DNA of 64,000 nt from Dehalococcoidia bacterium. GTDB lineage: Bacteria; Chloroflexota; Dehalococcoidia; DSTF01; JACRBR01. The notes below the pieces were generated by a model. That model was given only the letters and a program-made list of their open reading frames with translations. It searched no databases and was not told where the DNA came from. The translations under genes and the position numbers were made by a program. Below are positions 50,540-59,886 of this stretch, in pieces (position 1 is the stretch's first letter; each line of letters opens with the position of its first letter). The stretch covers positions 1 to 64,000 of the forward strand of contig JBGQBE010000001.1 of NCBI GenBank assembly GCA_041494685.1. Direction: 5' to 3'.

Positions 50540-50639
50540 CCGCAGATGACATAGATAGACACAGATGTTGACGTTGCATGAGGCGAAGAGCGGAGGCGCT
50601 TGCCCCTCTCTAATCTGTGTCCACCTGTGTCATCTGTGA
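50540..50639. repeat. Inverted repeat built of 9-10 bp GACACAGAT-like units
   Basis: ccgcagatgacatagatagacacagat ... atctgtgtccacctgtgtcatctgtga; a related half-copy lies at 33889-33907. Confidence 0.75.
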
Positions 50640-50728
50640 CCCCCCCACACCGCGACCGCTGGCGTCTGCTTTTGCGAGGCGATTCGCACCGTCTATACTG
50701 TCGGAGTGCCGCGCTTGAGGGCGCACCG

Positions 50729-50813
50729 GCCGAGGTGGTGGAATAGGCAGACACGCGGTCTTGAGGGGGCCGTGCCGCAAGGCGTAGGAGTTCAAATCTC
50801 CTCCTCGGCACCA
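50729..50813 (+). tRNA. tRNA-Leu(GAG)
   Basis: GCCGAGG acceptor, anticodon loop TTGAGGG, long variable arm, GTTCAAATC, CCA; TATACT -10 upstream. Confidence 0.95.
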
Positions 50814-50882
50814 TACGAGATCGAACCGCGTCCGCCCGGTGCCGCCGGGCGGATCTTGTTGAAGCGGCAGCCGCGGCAGCAC

Positions 50883-50956
<74 letters not shown>

Positions 50957-50968
50957 ATTGTTGAACTT

Positions 50969-51010
50969 GAAATCGGTCGTTTCCGGCGCTCGGAAGCGGC
51001 CGATTTCTTC
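50969..51010 (+). terminator. Terminator after the tRNA pair
   Basis: GAAATCGGTCGTTTCCG-loop-CGGAAGCGGCCGATTTC followed by TTC. Confidence 0.7.
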
Positions 51011-51362
51011 TCGTGACGACCGTGACAGCAACCCGTGCGGACGACTGCGGACGAGTTCAAGATCGTCGTGTGAGGACGGCATCCATCTGCGCCGCCGCCT
51101 GGCGTCTCTGCTCCGCCACCTCTCCCGGCACCAGATCGGCGCTCGATTGCGCGGCCGGCCTGTCCACTCCGACACGTCGTGACGACCAACGAGGCCATGC
51201 ACTCACCGCGGAGCGACGGACCCCCATGAGCGACGCCGTTACGCGATCGAGCCGAATGGCCATTGACGGCAGGACTACAATGATCTTGTCCGGCGGAGCC
51301 GACGCGGGACGATGCTGTCGCGGGGACGGGCGTTCCTGAAGTCATCCGCCAAGGAGTTCGTG

Positions 51363-51878
51363 ATGACTGCCATGCTCGACGCACTCTCCGCCACGGATCA
51401 AGCGAGGCTCCGAGACCTGACTGACCTGATCGAGGACATCGATTGGCCCTCCGACGTGGCGCGGTCTGAAGGCTGGCGCGTCGCGAATGACGAGTATCAC
51501 CGGAGGCAACGGGATCTGGGACGCCGCGAGATGCAAGCTCTGATGGCGTCCCTTCACCTCGCCTCAGGGATGGAAGCGGCTCGCGCAACAGAAGTCGTGG
51601 TAACCGCGACCGCAGTGTACCTGCAAACTGACAAGATGAGGGTGGTGAGCCGCGTCAAGGACGGCGAACTGCGGCTCTACTCGACGCGCTGTCCCCTCTA
51701 CGAGCGATTTCTCGACCACCGTTGGGGTGGCCTCACGGCATGCGGGTGCTTTGCGAGGCGCCGGGGCTGGTTCGACGCCCTCGGAGCCGACTTGGAGGAA
51801 GAGTTGCTGATGAATCGCAAGTGGGGCGATCCCGTTTGCCAGGTGGCTGTCCGCGTGAAGGGGCAGCAGGCCTCTTAG
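51363..51878 (+). CDS. Hypothetical protein with V4R/ATC-hydrolase-like Cys pattern
   Basis: AAGGAG RBS; CPLYE...CGC...GDPVC. Confidence 0.65.
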   Translation: MTAMLDALSATDQARLRDLTDLIEDIDWPSDVARSEGWRVANDEYHRRQRDLGRREMQALMASLHLASGMEAARATEVVVTATAVYLQTDKMRVVSRVKDGELRLYSTRCPLYERFLDHRWGGLTACGCFARRRGWFDALGADLEEELLMNRKWGDPVCQVAVRVKGQQAS

Positions 51879-51946
51879 CGCCGCGCCCGATGAGGACATC
51901 GGGGCGCGCTCGGCCGGTCGCACAAAACCGGGCTGCGAACGGTGGG

Positions 51947-52155
51947 TCATGCGTCGACGCTGAGGCGACGCAGCTTGTCGGGATCAGTGATGACGTCAAT
52001 CGCGACGATGCGGCCGCCTGCCATGAACGTGCTGTCGATCGGCGCATCGTTCGGAGCGCTTGTGGCAGTCTTTCAGTGGGGTTGGGGCCAAGCCTGCTGG
52101 GCATCGGGAGGAACGGGCCGATCGAGGCCTTCGTGCCCCTGCTCCTCTTCGCCAT
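51947..52155. pseudogene. Abutting fragments: SigJ-like sigma C-terminus (minus) and MMPL transporter fragment (plus)
   Basis: Minus strand GGRIVAIDVITDPDKLRRL*; plus strand MNVLSIGASFGALVAVFQWGWG / LLGIGRNGPIEAFVPLLLFA (frameshifted). Confidence 0.65.
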
Positions 52156-52344
52156 GGAGGGAGAACAGCGAGACGCCGGGCCTTCTCACGAGGTTGCGCA
52201 AGTCGCCTGAGCGACAACAGAAGGGCACCGCTTGACTAGCAGACCCGGGCGATGCAATCGCGCACGGTGACTTCATTGTTGGCTGAGTGCAATGATTCGG
52301 GGTTCTGAACATCTTATGGCGGTCACCGCTGTACAATTCGCAAC

Positions 52345-54216
52345 GTGAACCTTGCACACCCGCCAGGCCGCCCATTTGAAGCGCACCTATCGAAACGGCC
52401 GCCTCTGTCCCGTGGGCCGTGGCTCCTCATCTGGGGCGTTCTGCTCAGCGCCGTTGCTATAGCGCCGCTCAGCAGGGACAACGCTCATGCGCTCGCCGCG
52501 CAGCCCGGCGACTGGCCGATGTACCTCCACGACATCTCACACACGTCCGCCAACCATGACGAGGCGGCCTTGTCGCCGGCAAACGGGGCACAGCTCTCGA
52601 AGACGTGGGCGTTCAAGACAGGCGGCGCGGTGGCGGCGGGCTCGACGGTGGTCGGCGGGGTCGCATATGTCGGCTCGTGGGACGGCTACCTGTACGCGCT
52701 CGATGCCAACACGGGCCAGCAGCGGTGGCGGACGTACCTCGGGCAGACGAACAACATGGCAAACTGCGACACCCTGGCGGGGATTACGTCCACCGCGACG
52801 GTGGATGGCGGCGTGGTGTATGTCGGTGGCGGAGACTCGAACTTCTATGCGCTCGACGCGGGCACCGGCAACATCTTGTGGCGTGTGTTCATCGGCGACA
52901 ACTCGCCGGCTTCTGGCCATTACAACTGGTCGAGTCCGCTCCTCTATCACGGCAATGCGTATCTCGGCGTCGCCAGCTTCTGCGATACGCCATTGGTGCA
53001 GGGCCAGCTGCTCCAGATCAGCCTCGCCGGAAGCCATGCCGTGCGCGCGTTCAACGTCGTCTCTGCCGGACAGGTGGGAGGCGGCATCTGGACTTCACCT
53101 TCCGTCGACCCCACGACCAATACGATCTTTGTCGACACGGGCAACGAAGGCGGCGCCGGCGAGCCGTACGCGCGCGCCATCCTGGCCCTCGATGCGGACA
53201 GCCTGGCGGTGAAGTCCGTCTGGCAGCTCCCCGCATCGGGAATCCCCGATCCCGATTGGGGTACGACGCCCGTGCTCTTCACGGACGCGAACGGACACCA
53301 ACTCGTCGAGGCCTCGAACAAAGACGGCTTTGCGTACGCGTTCGACCGAAACGACCTCGCCGCCGGACCGGTCTGGCAGACACGTATCGCCTGGGGTGGG
53401 CCGGACCCGGAGGGCAGCGGCGACGGGACCGTATCGTCGGTGGTGTTCGACGGCACGCGGATCTACGCGGCGGGCGGGCGGACGACGATCGGGACGCTCG
53501 ACGTTCCCGGATCGGTGGCTGCACTTGACCCCGCCACCGGCGCTGTCATCTGGCAACGCGCCGCGCCAGGCAGCGTGCTACCCGCGCTCGCCTATGCCAA
53601 CGGCGTGCTCGTCGACGGCGCTGGTCGCGACGTCGAAGTGCTGGACGCGTCGAGCGGCGCGCTGCTCTTCACGTACGCGACTGGTGCCGTGATCTTCGGA
53701 CCACCAGCGATCTCGAACGGCCACGTTTACATCGGCTCGACGGACGGCTCCGAGTACGCGTTCGCGCCGCCGAACACGACGCCCCCGCCCCCGCTCACCG
53801 GCGGTCAGTGCGCGGTGGCGTACGCCATCGACGGAGAAACAGTACAGTGCATCGATGGCTCCCGCGTCCGGTTCGTCGGTGTGGCGTCGCCGCTCGGGGC
53901 CGAACTCGGCGCGGACTGGGCGACGGCAGTGACAAACTGGCTGCTCGCCGGCCGAACCCTCACACTCGAGCGCGACGTGACGGCAACGGACCAGTTCGGC
54001 AGCCGCTACGGCTATCCGCACGTCACCGCCGCCGATGGCCATGACTACAACCTCTCGGTCGTGCTCATCTACATCGGCATGGCGCATCATCTGTCCGACG
54101 GCGTGAATGTGCGGTACAACACGTGGCTTGACGGCGCCCAGGCGTGGGCCCGCACGGCGTGCTGGAACATGTGGGCGGCGGGGAACCCTTTCGCCGGAGA
54201 GTCTGGATGCCGGTGA
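52345..54216 (+). CDS. Secreted PQQ-like beta-propeller protein with C-terminal degenerate SNase-like domain
   Basis: DWPMY, repeated YVGSWDGYLYALDA..G...W; proline linker; DGETV...VRFVGVASP...DQFG. Confidence 0.85.
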   Translation: MNLAHPPGRPFEAHLSKRPPLSRGPWLLIWGVLLSAVAIAPLSRDNAHALAAQPGDWPMYLHDISHTSANHDEAALSPANGAQLSKTWAFKTGGAVAAGSTVVGGVAYVGSWDGYLYALDANTGQQRWRTYLGQTNNMANCDTLAGITSTATVDGGVVYVGGGDSNFYALDAGTGNILWRVFIGDNSPASGHYNWSSPLLYHGNAYLGVASFCDTPLVQGQLLQISLAGSHAVRAFNVVSAGQVGGGIWTSPSVDPTTNTIFVDTGNEGGAGEPYARAILALDADSLAVKSVWQLPASGIPDPDWGTTPVLFTDANGHQLVEASNKDGFAYAFDRNDLAAGPVWQTRIAWGGPDPEGSGDGTVSSVVFDGTRIYAAGGRTTIGTLDVPGSVAALDPATGAVIWQRAAPGSVLPALAYANGVLVDGAGRDVEVLDASSGALLFTYATGAVIFGPPAISNGHVYIGSTDGSEYAFAPPNTTPPPPLTGGQCAVAYAIDGETVQCIDGSRVRFVGVASPLGAELGADWATAVTNWLLAGRTLTLERDVTATDQFGSRYGYPHVTAADGHDYNLSVVLIYIGMAHHLSDGVNVRYNTWLDGAQAWARTACWNMWAAGNPFAGESGCR

Positions 54217-54719
54217 GGACGAGCGCGCGCTGGTGCGTGAGGCGGGCACAATCACCGTCTTGTCATCGTGCTCGCGCTGCGAACGCACGTCCTGGCGTCC
54301 GTTGGCAGAATGGCACTGGGCCGTTGCCGATCGATCGGTCGCGAACGCTGACGCCCTGCTCGTAAGGACAGTCGACGCGACGGTGGCCGTGCCCTAGCCC
54401 ACGAGCCCATCGTGCAGCTTTCGGCCGTACGAGCGAATCGTGCGTAACCGGCGGACGTCCGAGCCGATTCGCGCGCGCTGGATCGATCGCTCGTGGTCGT
54501 GGCTGGTGGCAATGGGGCTTACGCCGCCCGCTGGCGGGGCGACCCACCCGCCCTCAAAGAATGAGCGCGAACCGCAGCGACCGAACGGACGAACACTATG
54601 AGGTGGTGTATGGAACAGCGGCCCTGCCTCTCACCCCAGTGGCCGATGCGTCAGCATCCTGACAAGCTTCTTACGCTCAACCGTCCCTGACGGCAGACGA
54701 CCGTCGCTAGAATGCAACC

Positions 54720-56315
54720 ATGAAGCTTCCTTCATGGTTCCGGACTGAGTCCGCGGGCATCGCCGCTAGCGTGACGGCCACGGGAATCGCGACAGCCGCA
54801 CTGGCACCCATCCAGCACCGCGTGGGCCTTCTGAACGAGGGTCTGATCTTCCTCCTGCTCGCGTTGCTGGTCTCGGCGGTCTGGGGTTGGCGCGTCGGGC
54901 TACTTGCCGCGGTGCTGAACAACCTCGCCTTGAACTTCTTCTTCGTGCCGCCGCTCCACACACTCACCGTGCAGGACACGTCCAACATCGTCGCGCTGCT
55001 CATCTTCCTTCTCGTTGCAATGGTGGGCGGCTCGCTGCTTTCATCCGCGCAGAGCGCCGTGGCAGAGTCACGCCGCCGCCAGGCACAGACGCAAGTCCTT
55101 CTCGACCTCAGCCGCGCGATGATCGGACGCACCAACCCCGAAGACGCCCTCGCCGCTCTCTGCGAGGAAGTCGTCTCGGCCCTGCGTCCGGAAGGCGCCG
55201 CCGTGCTGAGCGCCACAGGCGGCGCCTGGCGCGTGCTTGCGTCGGCCGGAGCGCCCTCCGCGGGCCGCGCGCCGGATCCGGAGGAGCGCGCCATGGCCGA
55301 GCGGGCGCTTGCCGCGAACGCTCCGATGATGCTCGGACGCACCGGGTTCACCCCAGGCAGGCCACGCCGGATCGCCACCCGCATCGGCGGCCGCCCGCGG
55401 ATCGAAGAGATGAAGCGAGCCCTCACACTCGCGCCTCTGCGCGTCGGCGACCGCGCGTTCGGCGTGCTGCGGCTCGACGGGCCGATCACCGGGACGATGT
55501 TCGGTGACCACCCGGAGCAACTGCTCGTTCCGTTCACGAACGAGGCTGCGCTCGCCGTCCAGCGTGTCGAACTCGCCGCGGCCGCTGCCCACGCCGAGGC
55601 GCTGCGTGAGGCCGACGAGATGAAGACGGCGCTGATGACGTCGATCTCGCACGACCTGAAGACGCCCCTCGCCGGCATCAAGACGTCCGTCTCAAGCCTG
55701 CTCGATGCCAGCGTCCACTGGTCGGACGAAGACGTGAGGGCGTTCCTCGAGACGATCGACTCGCAGGCGGACCGGCTCAACGGCGTCATCTCGGACATCC
55801 TGGACCTCAACAGGATCGAGTCTGGCGTCGTCGCTCCCGTCTGTCGCACGCTTTCCGCCCGCGATCTGCTGGAGGAAGCGCGTACGCGCACGGCTCCGAG
55901 CTGGGCGGGGCGCGAACTCACGATCGAGGCGGCGGACGACCTCCTCGTCGAAGCGGACGAGTCGCTGATCACGCAAGCTCTTGTGAACCTCATTGAGAAT
56001 GCCGCAAAGTACTCGACGCCCGAGCGGCCGATCCATCTGCGTGCAGCGCGCACGGACGGCCACCTCGAGATCACGGTCGCGGACGAGGGGCCCGGCATCG
56101 CGCGCCTGGACCTCCCTCACGTATTCGAGCGCTTCTACCGCGCGGCTGAGTACAGCCGCCGGGTCAAGGGCAGCGGGCTCGGGCTCGCGATCGTCAAAGG
56201 GTTCGTGACGCTGTCTGGCGGCACCGTCCGGGTGGAAAGCTCGCCCGACGGCACCCGTTTCGTCATCTCGCTGCCGGTCGGCGTCGCGGCCAGCACGAAT
56301 CGGGCGACCCAATAG
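54720..56315 (+). CDS. kdpD: KdpD C-terminal half (4TM/DUF4118-GAF-HisKA-HATPase sensor kinase)
   Basis: NFFFVPPLHTLTV, ISHDLKTPL, NLIENAAKY, GSGLGLAI; lacks the KdpD N-terminal domain. Confidence 0.88.
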   Translation: MKLPSWFRTESAGIAASVTATGIATAALAPIQHRVGLLNEGLIFLLLALLVSAVWGWRVGLLAAVLNNLALNFFFVPPLHTLTVQDTSNIVALLIFLLVAMVGGSLLSSAQSAVAESRRRQAQTQVLLDLSRAMIGRTNPEDALAALCEEVVSALRPEGAAVLSATGGAWRVLASAGAPSAGRAPDPEERAMAERALAANAPMMLGRTGFTPGRPRRIATRIGGRPRIEEMKRALTLAPLRVGDRAFGVLRLDGPITGTMFGDHPEQLLVPFTNEAALAVQRVELAAAAAHAEALREADEMKTALMTSISHDLKTPLAGIKTSVSSLLDASVHWSDEDVRAFLETIDSQADRLNGVISDILDLNRIESGVVAPVCRTLSARDLLEEARTRTAPSWAGRELTIEAADDLLVEADESLITQALVNLIENAAKYSTPERPIHLRAARTDGHLEITVADEGPGIARLDLPHVFERFYRAAEYSRRVKGSGLGLAIVKGFVTLSGGTVRVESSPDGTRFVISLPVGVAASTNRATQ

Positions 56316-56415
56316 GCGCTCCCACATCCTCCGTCAGCGATTTGTTCCGCTGCCGCGAGCCAGCACTCATGCGCTCACCTAGTTGAGGGATGCGGCGGCG
56401 TGCGTGCCCGTCGCG

Positions 56416-57129
56416 CTATTCCGATCCGAGCGGGGTGAGCGTCGTCGCTTCGATGAACCGGTACCCGAGACCCGGCTCGGTGAGTATCCATCGCCTGGCG
56501 CCGCCTCCCTCACCGAGCTTCCCCCGCAGTTGGTTCATGTACGTCCTTAAGATGTGCGTGTCCTGGGAGTTGGCGGCGCCCCAGACGGACGCGAGGATCA
56601 TCGAGTGTGTGAGGAGCCGGCCGGCATTCGTAGCGAGGTAGCGCAACAGCTTGAATTCTGTGGGAGTCAGGTGGATCTCGCGCTCGTCGACGTGGACGCG
56701 GTGGTGCTCGAGGTCGATGCGCAGCCCGTCGGCCGTGATGATCGGCTCCTGGTGCCGATCCGTCGCGCCGCGGCGGAGCGCTACCCGGATCCGCGCGAGC
56801 AGCTCACCTGAGCCGAACGGCTTGGTGACGTAGTCATCCGCTCCGGCATCCAGGGCGGCGATCTTCATCGCTTCTTCTCCGACCACGGAGAGGACGATGA
56901 TCGGTTCATGGTATGTCCGACGGATGTCGCGACAGACGTCGATGCCGGACATATCCGGAAGGACGAGGTCGAGCAACATGACGTCAGGCTTGAAGCGAAT
57001 GAATTCATCGATCGCTGCCCGTCCTGTCTCAGCTTCACGGACCACGCAACTGTGGCCCTCCAGAATCCGTCGGATGGTGCGCCGCAGCTGGGATTCGTCG
57101 TCTGCAACGAGAACTCGCGTGCGTTGCAT
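56416..57129 (-). CDS. kdpE: KdpE-like OmpR family response regulator
   Basis: DDE, LDLVLPD, GADDYVTKPF, HLTPTEF, LRTYMNQLRGKL, TEPGLGYR; alternative leaderless start at 57180. Confidence 0.92.
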   Translation of the reverse strand: MQRTRVLVADDESQLRRTIRRILEGHSCVVREAETGRAAIDEFIRFKPDVMLLDLVLPDMSGIDVCRDIRRTYHEPIIVLSVVGEEAMKIAALDAGADDYVTKPFGSGELLARIRVALRRGATDRHQEPIITADGLRIDLEHHRVHVDEREIHLTPTEFKLLRYLATNAGRLLTHSMILASVWGAANSQDTHILRTYMNQLRGKLGEGGGARRWILTEPGLGYRFIEATTLTPLGSE

Positions 57130-57184
57130 GGTGCCTGCCTCCACAAGGTCCTCGAAGCTCAACAGAGGTTGAGGACTCATTCGT

Positions 57185-57480
57185 AGCTTATGGGCGAGGG
57201 TGTCAGGACGGCGTCAGCGGCGAACCCCGAGCCATAAGAAGGTTGTCCGGAAAGTGCTGTGCGAGCGCTGTGTGTGAACAGCGATCCGGTCTGAGAGAGG
57301 CAGCGAATTTGCTCGCATGGGCGACAGCGCGCACCTCACCGCCAATGCCATCGCGCGATCGTCGCGCGGCTTGCGATCGGCACGTATCTGCCGGGCCGTC
57401 TCCTCGCCTTCATCGTTGACACATCTCGTACGGTCGGCGGCACTTCACTGACACCACGCTGACAGCACCGGGCGTAGACT
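57185..57480. promoter_or_regulatory. Divergent promoters, each CTGAC-N6-CTGAC + 11 nt + -10 box
   Basis: Minus strand: boxes 57217-57202, TAAGCT 57190-57185. Plus strand: boxes 57448-57463, TAGACT 57475-57480. Confidence 0.7.
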
Positions 57481-57486
57481 TTGACC

Positions 57487-57870
57487 ATGAACATCCTGCT
57501 CGTCGAGGACGACGCGCCGCTCGCCGACGTCATCGCCCGTAACCTGCGCGCGCGAGGACATGAGTTGGCCGTGGCCGGCACAGCCGAGGCCGCGATCCTG
57601 TCGATGGCGGCGGCATGGCCGGACGTGCTCATTCTCGACGTCAACCTGCCGGACATGACCGGCTGGGACGTATTGCGGCGGCTCACTGCTACGGATCGCT
57701 CGCGACTGTCGGTGATCGTCATCTCCGCTGCGCCGATCTCGGAGAAGCGCATCGTCGAGTTCCAGCCGCTGCGCACGCTCCAGAAGCCGTTCCCGATCGA
57801 GGCACTCGTCCGGCTGCTAAACGACTTCGCGGTTAGCCAGGCCAAGATGAGCGAAAAGGAGGGGTCGTGA
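57487..57870 (+). CDS. Single-domain response regulator (receiver only)
   Basis: VEDD, LDVNLPD, SA, KPF. Confidence 0.9.
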   Translation: MNILLVEDDAPLADVIARNLRARGHELAVAGTAEAAILSMAAAWPDVLILDVNLPDMTGWDVLRRLTATDRSRLSVIVISAAPISEKRIVEFQPLRTLQKPFPIEALVRLLNDFAVSQAKMSEKEGS

Positions 57871-57956
57871 TGGAGCGCGTTGTCCTCGAGATCATCCTCA
57901 CGGCGTGCGTGTTCGCGGTGATCGTTGCGAACTGGTCAGACGAGGTGGGTTCATGA
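57870..57956 (+). CDS. 28-aa membrane peptide
   Basis: AAGGAGG RBS; MERVVLEIILTACVFAVIVANWSDEVGS; overlaps both neighbours (TGATG, ATGA). Confidence 0.6.
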   Translation: MERVVLEIILTACVFAVIVANWSDEVGS

Positions 57957-58039
57957 ATCCAGATGTTGTCTTCGTGGTACTGAGCTTGTTCCTCTTCGGG
58001 GTGTCGTTCGCCGCGATCTGGGCCTTCGAGAAAGTGTGA
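57953..58039 (+). CDS. 28-aa membrane peptide upstream of kdpF
   Basis: GAGGTG RBS; MNPDVVFVVLSLFLFGVSFAAIWAFEKV. Confidence 0.7.
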   Translation: MNPDVVFVVLSLFLFGVSFAAIWAFEKV

Positions 58040-58044
58040 GCGAG

Positions 58045-58128
58045 ATGGAGAACGTGATCCTTTCGATTGGGGCGAGCGTGGTCATGCTCTACCTGGTCTT
58101 CGCTTTGATCCGCCCGGAATGGTTCTAG
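58045..58128 (+). CDS. kdpF: KdpF subunit
   Basis: MENVILSIGASVVMLYLVFALIRPEWF carries the YL..AL..PE.F signature. Confidence 0.9.
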   Translation: MENVILSIGASVVMLYLVFALIRPEWF

Positions 58129-58138
58129 GAGAGGCGCA

Positions 58139-59875
58139 ATGACGGTCAGCGGTGTCACTCACATCCTGTTGTACTTCGCCGTCCTCCTGGCGCTCACCAA
58201 GCCGCTCGGCGCCTACATGGCGGCGGTCTTCGAGGGCGAGGGGCGGCTGTCGAAGCGTGTGTTCGCGCCGGTGGAGCGGGCGATCTACCGTGTCTTCTTC
58301 GTCGATGAGACGCAGGAGATGGACTGGAAGCGGTACGCGGTCAGCGTCCTGATCTTCAGCACGCTGAGCATGTTCGCGGTGTACGCCATCCTGCGCGCGC
58401 AGGCCCACCTGCCGCTGAACCCGCAGGGACTGCCGGCCGTCTCCGGGCACCTCTCGTTCAACACGGCGGCGAGCTTCACCTCTAACACGAACTGGCAGTC
58501 GTACGGCGGCGAGACGACGCTGAGCTACCTGTCGCAGATGCTGGCGTTGACGGTGCAGAACTTCGTGTCCGCCGCGGTCGGCATCGTGGTTGTGATCGTG
58601 CTGGTCCGCGGGTTCGTGCGGCGGAGCACGACCGACCTGGGGAACTTCTGGGTCGACCTGACGCGCTGCATTCTCTGGATTCTGCTGCCGCTTTCGATCG
58701 TGCTGGCGATCCTGCTCGTGTCCCAGGGCGTCATCCAGAACTTCAGCTCCTACAAGGAGATCACGACCGTCGAGGGCGCGAAGCAGGTCCTTGCCATGGG
58801 CCCGGCGGCCTCGCAGATCGCGATCAAACAACTCGGGACGAACGGCGGCGGCTTCTTCAACGCGAACTCCGCAGTGCCGTTCGAGAATCCGACGCCGTTC
58901 TCGAACTTCCTGGAAGCGGTGTCGATCCTTCTGATCCCGGCGGCGCTGACCTACACCTTCGGGAAGATGGTCGGCAAGACCGCGCAGGGCTGGGCAATCT
59001 TCGCGGCGATGAGCATCATCATGCTGGCCGGCGCCTTTTTCGTGTACGGCGCGGAGCAGACGGGCAACCCGACGCTGGCGAACGTCGGCGTCGACCAGTC
59101 GTACCAGACGGGCCAGCACGCCTCCTCGGGCGGCAACATGGAGGGCAAGGACGTCCGCTTCGGCATCGCCGACTCGGCGATCTGGGCCAACGCCACGACC
59201 GATGCGTCGAACGGCTCGGTGAACTCCATGCACGACAGCTATACGCCGCTCGGCGGCCTCGTGCCCATGTTCAACATCCACCTGGGCGAGATCGTGTTCG
59301 GCGGCGTCGGGTCGGGGCTGTACGGCATGCTGGTGTTCGCGATCATCTCCGTCTTCATCGCCGGGCTGATGATCGGCCGCACGCCGGAGTACCTGGGGAA
59401 GAAGATCGGGCCGAGGGAGATGAAGCTCGCGGGCATCTACTTCCTGATCACGTCGGCCATGATGCTGATCACTACGGCGATAGCCGTTTCGGTGAAGCAG
59501 GGTCAGGCGGGGCCGCTGAACGCCGGCCCGCACGGCTACTCCGAGATCCTGTACGCGTTCACATCGATGGGCGGCAACAACGGCTCCGCGTTTGCCGGTC
59601 TGAACGCCAACACCTCGTTCTACAACAGCGTGGGCGGGATCTCGATGCTCGTGTGCCGGTTTCTCCCTCTCGTCGCGATCCTGGCGCTGGCAGGCTCGCT
59701 GAGTACCAAGATGAAGGTTCCCGAGACTGCCGGAACGCTGCCGACAAACTCGCCGCTGTTCGTCGGGTTTCTCGTTGGCGTCGTCATCATCGTGGGCGGG
59801 CTGACGTTCTTCCCGGCGCTGGCGCTGGGGCCGATCGCGGAGCACTTCCTCGTGCACGCCGGCGTGCTGTCGTAG
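58139..59875 (+). CDS. kdpA: K+-transporting ATPase subunit A
   Basis: [33 protein letters not shown]. Confidence 0.97.
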   Translation: MTVSGVTHILLYFAVLLALTKPLGAYMAAVFEGEGRLSKRVFAPVERAIYRVFFVDETQEMDWKRYAVSVLIFSTLSMFAVYAILRAQAHLPLNPQGLPAVSGHLSFNTAASFTSNTNWQSYGGETTLSYLSQMLALTVQNFVSAAVGIVVVIVLVRGFVRRSTTDLGNFWVDLTRCILWILLPLSIVLAILLVSQGVIQNFSSYKEITTVEGAKQVLAMGPAASQIAIKQLGTNGGGFFNANSAVPFENPTPFSNFLEAVSILLIPAALTYTFGKMVGKTAQGWAIFAAMSIIMLAGAFFVYGAEQTGNPTLANVGVDQSYQTGQHASSGGNMEGKDVRFGIADSAIWANATTDASNGSVNSMHDSYTPLGGLVPMFNIHLGEIVFGGVGSGLYGMLVFAIISVFIAGLMIGRTPEYLGKKIGPREMKLAGIYFLITSAMMLITTAIAVSVKQGQAGPLNAGPHGYSEILYAFTSMGGNNGSAFAGLNANTSFYNSVGGISMLVCRFLPLVAILALAGSLSTKMKVPETAGTLPTNSPLFVGFLVGVVIIVGGLTFFPALALGPIAEHFLVHAGVLS

Positions 59876-59886
59876 GAGGAGGGGAA

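Noticed and set aside
46510..50549. Long opposite-strand ORFs (580 aa, 643 aa)
   Set aside because: High-GC shadow frames of the PBP and GH9-like genes.
54107..54397. Small ORF with CSRC after the propeller gene
   Set aside because: No clear RBS or start and no recognisable family.
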